A DNA stretch of 63,593 nt, the filler included, from Lenisia limosa (Eukaryota > Protista > Breviatea), in assembly GCA_001655205.1 (NCBI GenBank). It is 13 parts of 13 records of this genome, joined end to end, with 100 filler letters (N's around TTAATTAATTAA, not from the genome) between each part and the next. Parts side by side here need not be neighbours in the genome. Positions count along the whole stretch, not along the records: positions 60,657 to 61,954 come from LPNZ01007327.1; positions 62,055 to 63,593 come from LPNZ01001950.1; 11 more parts are not named here. The stretch is one strand, 5' to 3'. Shown here one piece after another: positions 60,557 to 63,593 of the stretch (its first letter is position 1; the number at the start of each line of letters is the position of its first letter). A program made the translations under genes and the position numbers. The notes beneath the pieces are model-generated. The model ran no database searches and was not told where the DNA came from. It saw only the letters and a program-made list of their open reading frames with translations.

Positions 60557-60656
60557 NNNNNNNNNNNNNNNNNNNNNNNNNNNNNNNNNNNNNNNNNNNN
60601 TTAATTAATTAANNNNNNNNNNNNNNNNNNNNNNNNNNNNNNNNNNNNNNNNNNNN
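60557..60656. other. Artificial scaffold spacer
   Basis: 44N-TTAATTAATTAA-44N. Confidence 0.97.
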
Positions 60657-60681
60657 AAGGACGTCCACTTCAAAAAAACGG

Positions 60682-60790
60682 TGTTTTAAACTTCGGCACA
60701 TTGACTTGGGTGTTTTAAACTTCGGCATATTGACTTGGGTATCTTTAACTTAGCGCATTGACTTGGGTATCTTTAACTTCGGCACATCAT
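60682..60790. repeat. About four copies of a 28-29 bp tandem repeat
   Basis: TTGACTTGGGT(G/A)T(T/C)TT(A/T)AACTTCGGCACA units. Confidence 0.85.
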
Positions 60791-61373
60791 TGAGTGGGTT
60801 GAAACTAATATTGAAGGAGATTTTAAGCCGCCTGGAAGACTGCCAAAGAGCCTGTCCTCCCCTTGACCCCTTATGGGCTGACTCTGTCGCTTCAATGAAG
60901 CCCGTCTATACCTTTAAAAAGAATGTGTAAGATGGTTTGTTGTTGGATTTTGTTTGTCTTCATTTTGTTCTTTGTTTTTCATTTTTTTTTTCTCTTTGTT
61001 TTATGTTGTTATTTGTTGTTTGTTTGTTTTTTTATTGTCACCTGCTTGTTTTTATTTTATTGTTTTGTTTGTTTATTGTTTTCATTTTTGCTGTATTTTG
61101 GGCTATTATTTCATTGAAGCCGGGTTTACTTTCAAAATGAATATNNNNNNNNNNNNNNNNNNNNNNNNNNNNNNNNNNNNNNNNNNNNNNNNNNNNNNNN
61201 NNNNNNNNNNNNNNNNNNNNNNNNNNNNNNNNNNNNNNNNNNNNNNNNNNNNNNNNNNNNNNNNNNNNNNNNNNNNNNNNNNNNNNNNNNNNNNTTTTGT
61301 GAGATGAGAAATAAAAAGAATAAATTTTCGACATTATGGATGAGAAATAAAATAGTTATGATTGACGTTACAG

Positions 61374-61870
61374 GAAGCCTTCACCACCCCCCGTAGTGCC
61401 CATGGGACAAGCACCCTATCTTGTCCAGGTACGTTGCTTGTCTTGTGTCTCTGGATTGCTTTGAAAATAATATATTAAATATTATCACTTCACAGCGTAA
61501 GAGCAAAATTAATGCATCAAATATACATGTAAAAACAATCTTGGGGGGGAAAATAATGGGGACACCATACTCCAATAACAGAGTTTTTCAATAAATCCTC
61601 GATATTCACAAATTATGATATCAAATACATATATTTTCTTGGGCTTCACTTTGGTCCACAAAAAGACGGAATTCCTCGAAAATTCCTACTAAAGCGCTTT
61701 CAAACAATAGTTTATGGTGTCATAATGCATTTTTCTGATTCCCAAGATTTTATTTAATGTGTATTATTCTTGCCCCCAACAAAGACGAACACTAACACAG
61801 CAGGTTTCAGCGGTCATCGCCCTTGACAAGTTCACGCCATTCTCCGCGGTTTGCACCAGGATTTCAACAG
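61374..61870 (+). CDS. Hypothetical protein exons
   Basis: KPSPPPVVPMGQAPYLVQ|QVSAVIALDKFTPFSAVCTR with canonical splice sites. Confidence 0.3.
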
Positions 61871-61954
61871 GGAAAAAATGAATTAAGCATCAACCATCAT
61901 CTTTTCTTTGTTTTTTGCTTTTATTTTTATAATTATTATCATTATTATTATTAT

Positions 61955-62054
61955 NNNNNNNNNNNNNNNNNNNNNNNNNNNNNNNNNNNNNNNNNNNNTT
62001 AATTAATTAANNNNNNNNNNNNNNNNNNNNNNNNNNNNNNNNNNNNNNNNNNNN
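61955..62054. other. Artificial scaffold spacer
   Basis: 44N-TTAATTAATTAA-44N. Confidence 0.97.
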
Positions 62055-63210
62055 CTGTGGTCATTGGCGGCAGTCAGCCCACCCTCAAGATAATTACTGA
62101 CAACTCCCCGCCGCTGGACATGATAAGGCAGCGGAGAAACAGTTTACCGTGAGTGGTGAGGGATATCCATTTATCAAACAAAAACAAGGAAGGAGAGGAC
62201 TATGGAACTCACAAAAGGCACATTTCCGCCTAACACTGTCCAGACATCAGCCACTGCCTAGTCCTCGAAACAATTCTCATAGTACGAGGTTTTTACTGCT
62301 TAATTCCTTGCTATTAGGAGAGAGTATAAAGCAATGTGGTATTGACTGGGGCAGAAACTAAAATCCTTCTTTTTCAAAAGTTGTTTTTTTCTTTTACATA
62401 CAACATTTGATATCATATGCATATGACATGCAATTTTTATTTAATCTATCGGATACCTTAGACCCACTTTGCCCGTTTCCAAAGTATTCATCATAAATAG
62501 CATAAATATCATAAATATCATAAAGGTGATAATTCGGGCCATCCATATACCCCCTTGGTATATTTTCTGTTGTATAAATTATATAACCCCCCCCCCAGAC
62601 ATTCTGCTGGTGGACGACAATGGCGTGAACCTGAAGGTGGCGACGATGCTGCTGTCCCGGGCCGGCTTCATGGTCGAAACGGCCTCTAACGGCCAGGAGG
62701 CGCTGAATGCCGTGCTCGACCATCGCGAGAGGTCCGGCAACTGGGCTGTTGAAAGAAATCTGAATAATTGGGGGGCAACTAATTAAACGATACCGTATAA
62801 TTTGAGAGATGAGATATAAAATAAGGTTGTATCTGGTAGAAGCCGTTCACACCATCACGCTTATAAGAGATGTACCATATTTATTCACCCAGTAATTCGC
62901 ATACTTGCTGTCTACATATTGAGGGCTTCCCTTCGGTCCCAACAGACGGCATTTCTGAATAACTATCACTTCAATGGTCTACTTTGGACCGTAAGGAAGC
63001 CCTGATATGAGTTACTATCGCTGTTTCATTGTAATCATGAGATCTGTATCCTACGTTTTTTTTTTTTTTTGAACAAGGAAATATTATACATATGAAACCT
63101 AGGGCTCACATTGACCGTCCCTCATTTTCCGATTTAACTCACCTAGGATTTCTCTATGTCTCTGCGACTGCCAAATGCCAGTCATGGACGGCTTCGAAGC
63201 TTCTCGAAAA
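62055..63210 (+). CDS. Two-component receiver (REC) domain, probably the C-terminus of a hybrid histidine kinase (partial)
   Basis: NILLVDDNGVNLKVATMLLSRAGFMVETASNGQEAL..DHRE|RISLCLCDCQMPVMDGFEASRK; phospho-acceptor Asp retained. Confidence 0.9.
62808..62900. mobile_element. Family B element
   Basis: GATGAGATATAAAATAAGGTTGTATCTGGTAGAAGCCGTTCACACCATCACGCTTATAAGAGAT. Confidence 0.75.
62923..63002. mobile_element. MITE family A2, degenerate
   Basis: GGGCTTCCCTTCGGTCC...GGACCGTAAGGAAGCCC. Confidence 0.7.
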
Positions 63211-63593
63211 GTGGGGTTTTCTTTATAGTATATATATATATATATATATATGTGTGGGTCCTCAAAGCTCCGGACCATTCAATGTATATGTAGAGTCAAA
63301 GCTCCGGACATCATTCAAAATTCACCGGACACATCAAAACTCCCGGACAGCTTGAGTTTTCCATATAAAATCATCATAAACCCTATTTCCCTTTTGTTTT
63401 CCAGAGTAATTTCAATCTTAATCAAAGGATGAAACGCTCAAAACCACATTAAGTGCCTAATCCGTCTATTTAAGGCCAAATACTGCCAAAAACACAAAAA
63501 AACGTAATAAAAGACCATATTTAAGGAATATATGGCAACTATCCGGGAAAGTTAACCATTATAGACAGTGCTACTTTGAGCATTTTTTTTTTT

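Noticed and set aside
60682-60790. 29-bp repeats as a CRISPR array or coding repeat
   Set aside because: Units are contiguous with no unique spacers and the period is not a multiple of 3. It may be another junction echo, but the gene strand here is unresolved.
8989-61334. Many listed ORFs dominated by X
   Set aside because: They stay open only because they run through N gaps and are not evidence of coding sequence.
2372-62054. Recurrent palindrome TTAATTAATTAA inside N blocks
   Set aside because: All twelve are exactly 44N+12+44N. This is a six-frame-stop concatenation spacer, not biology, and it invalidates any cross-scaffold gene-cluster interpretation.

Overview
The window is not one contiguous locus. 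It is 13 eukaryotic scaffolds joined by twelve identical 100-nt spacers (44 N + TTAATTAATTAA + 44 N), so gene adjacency across a spacer is meaningless. The source is an intron-rich microbial eukaryote with short GT-AG exons, AT-rich introns and the standard genetic code; it is probably flagellated, because an axonemal DNAH1-like dynein is present. The species cannot be determined. Genes were assembled by hand from exons: LigB/DODA dioxygenase, the C-terminal BRCT region of LIG4, a very large multi-membrane class III nucleotide cyclase with a TmcB/C-like N-terminus, an alkaline-phosphatase-superfamily enzyme, PABPN1, NXT1, the DNAH1 N-terminus head-to-head with GLT1D1, a fibrinogen-like domain protein, a sushi-repeat protein, a two-component receiver domain and several hypothetical proteins. 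The most unusual signal is in the introns. (1) One repeat family (D) repeatedly forms the last 60-100 nt of introns in unrelated genes, including the C-rich tract running into the acceptor AG. (2) Many introns start with a G-run and end with a C-run. (3) Several splice junctions are tandemly re-copied into the intron, mostly with a 35-37 bp period. (4) Introns are densely colonised by two TA-flanked MITE families (A, C) and a non-TIR element (B). Family letters are my own labels. All exon structures and counts are manual readings without alignments or RNA data, and boundaries are approximate.
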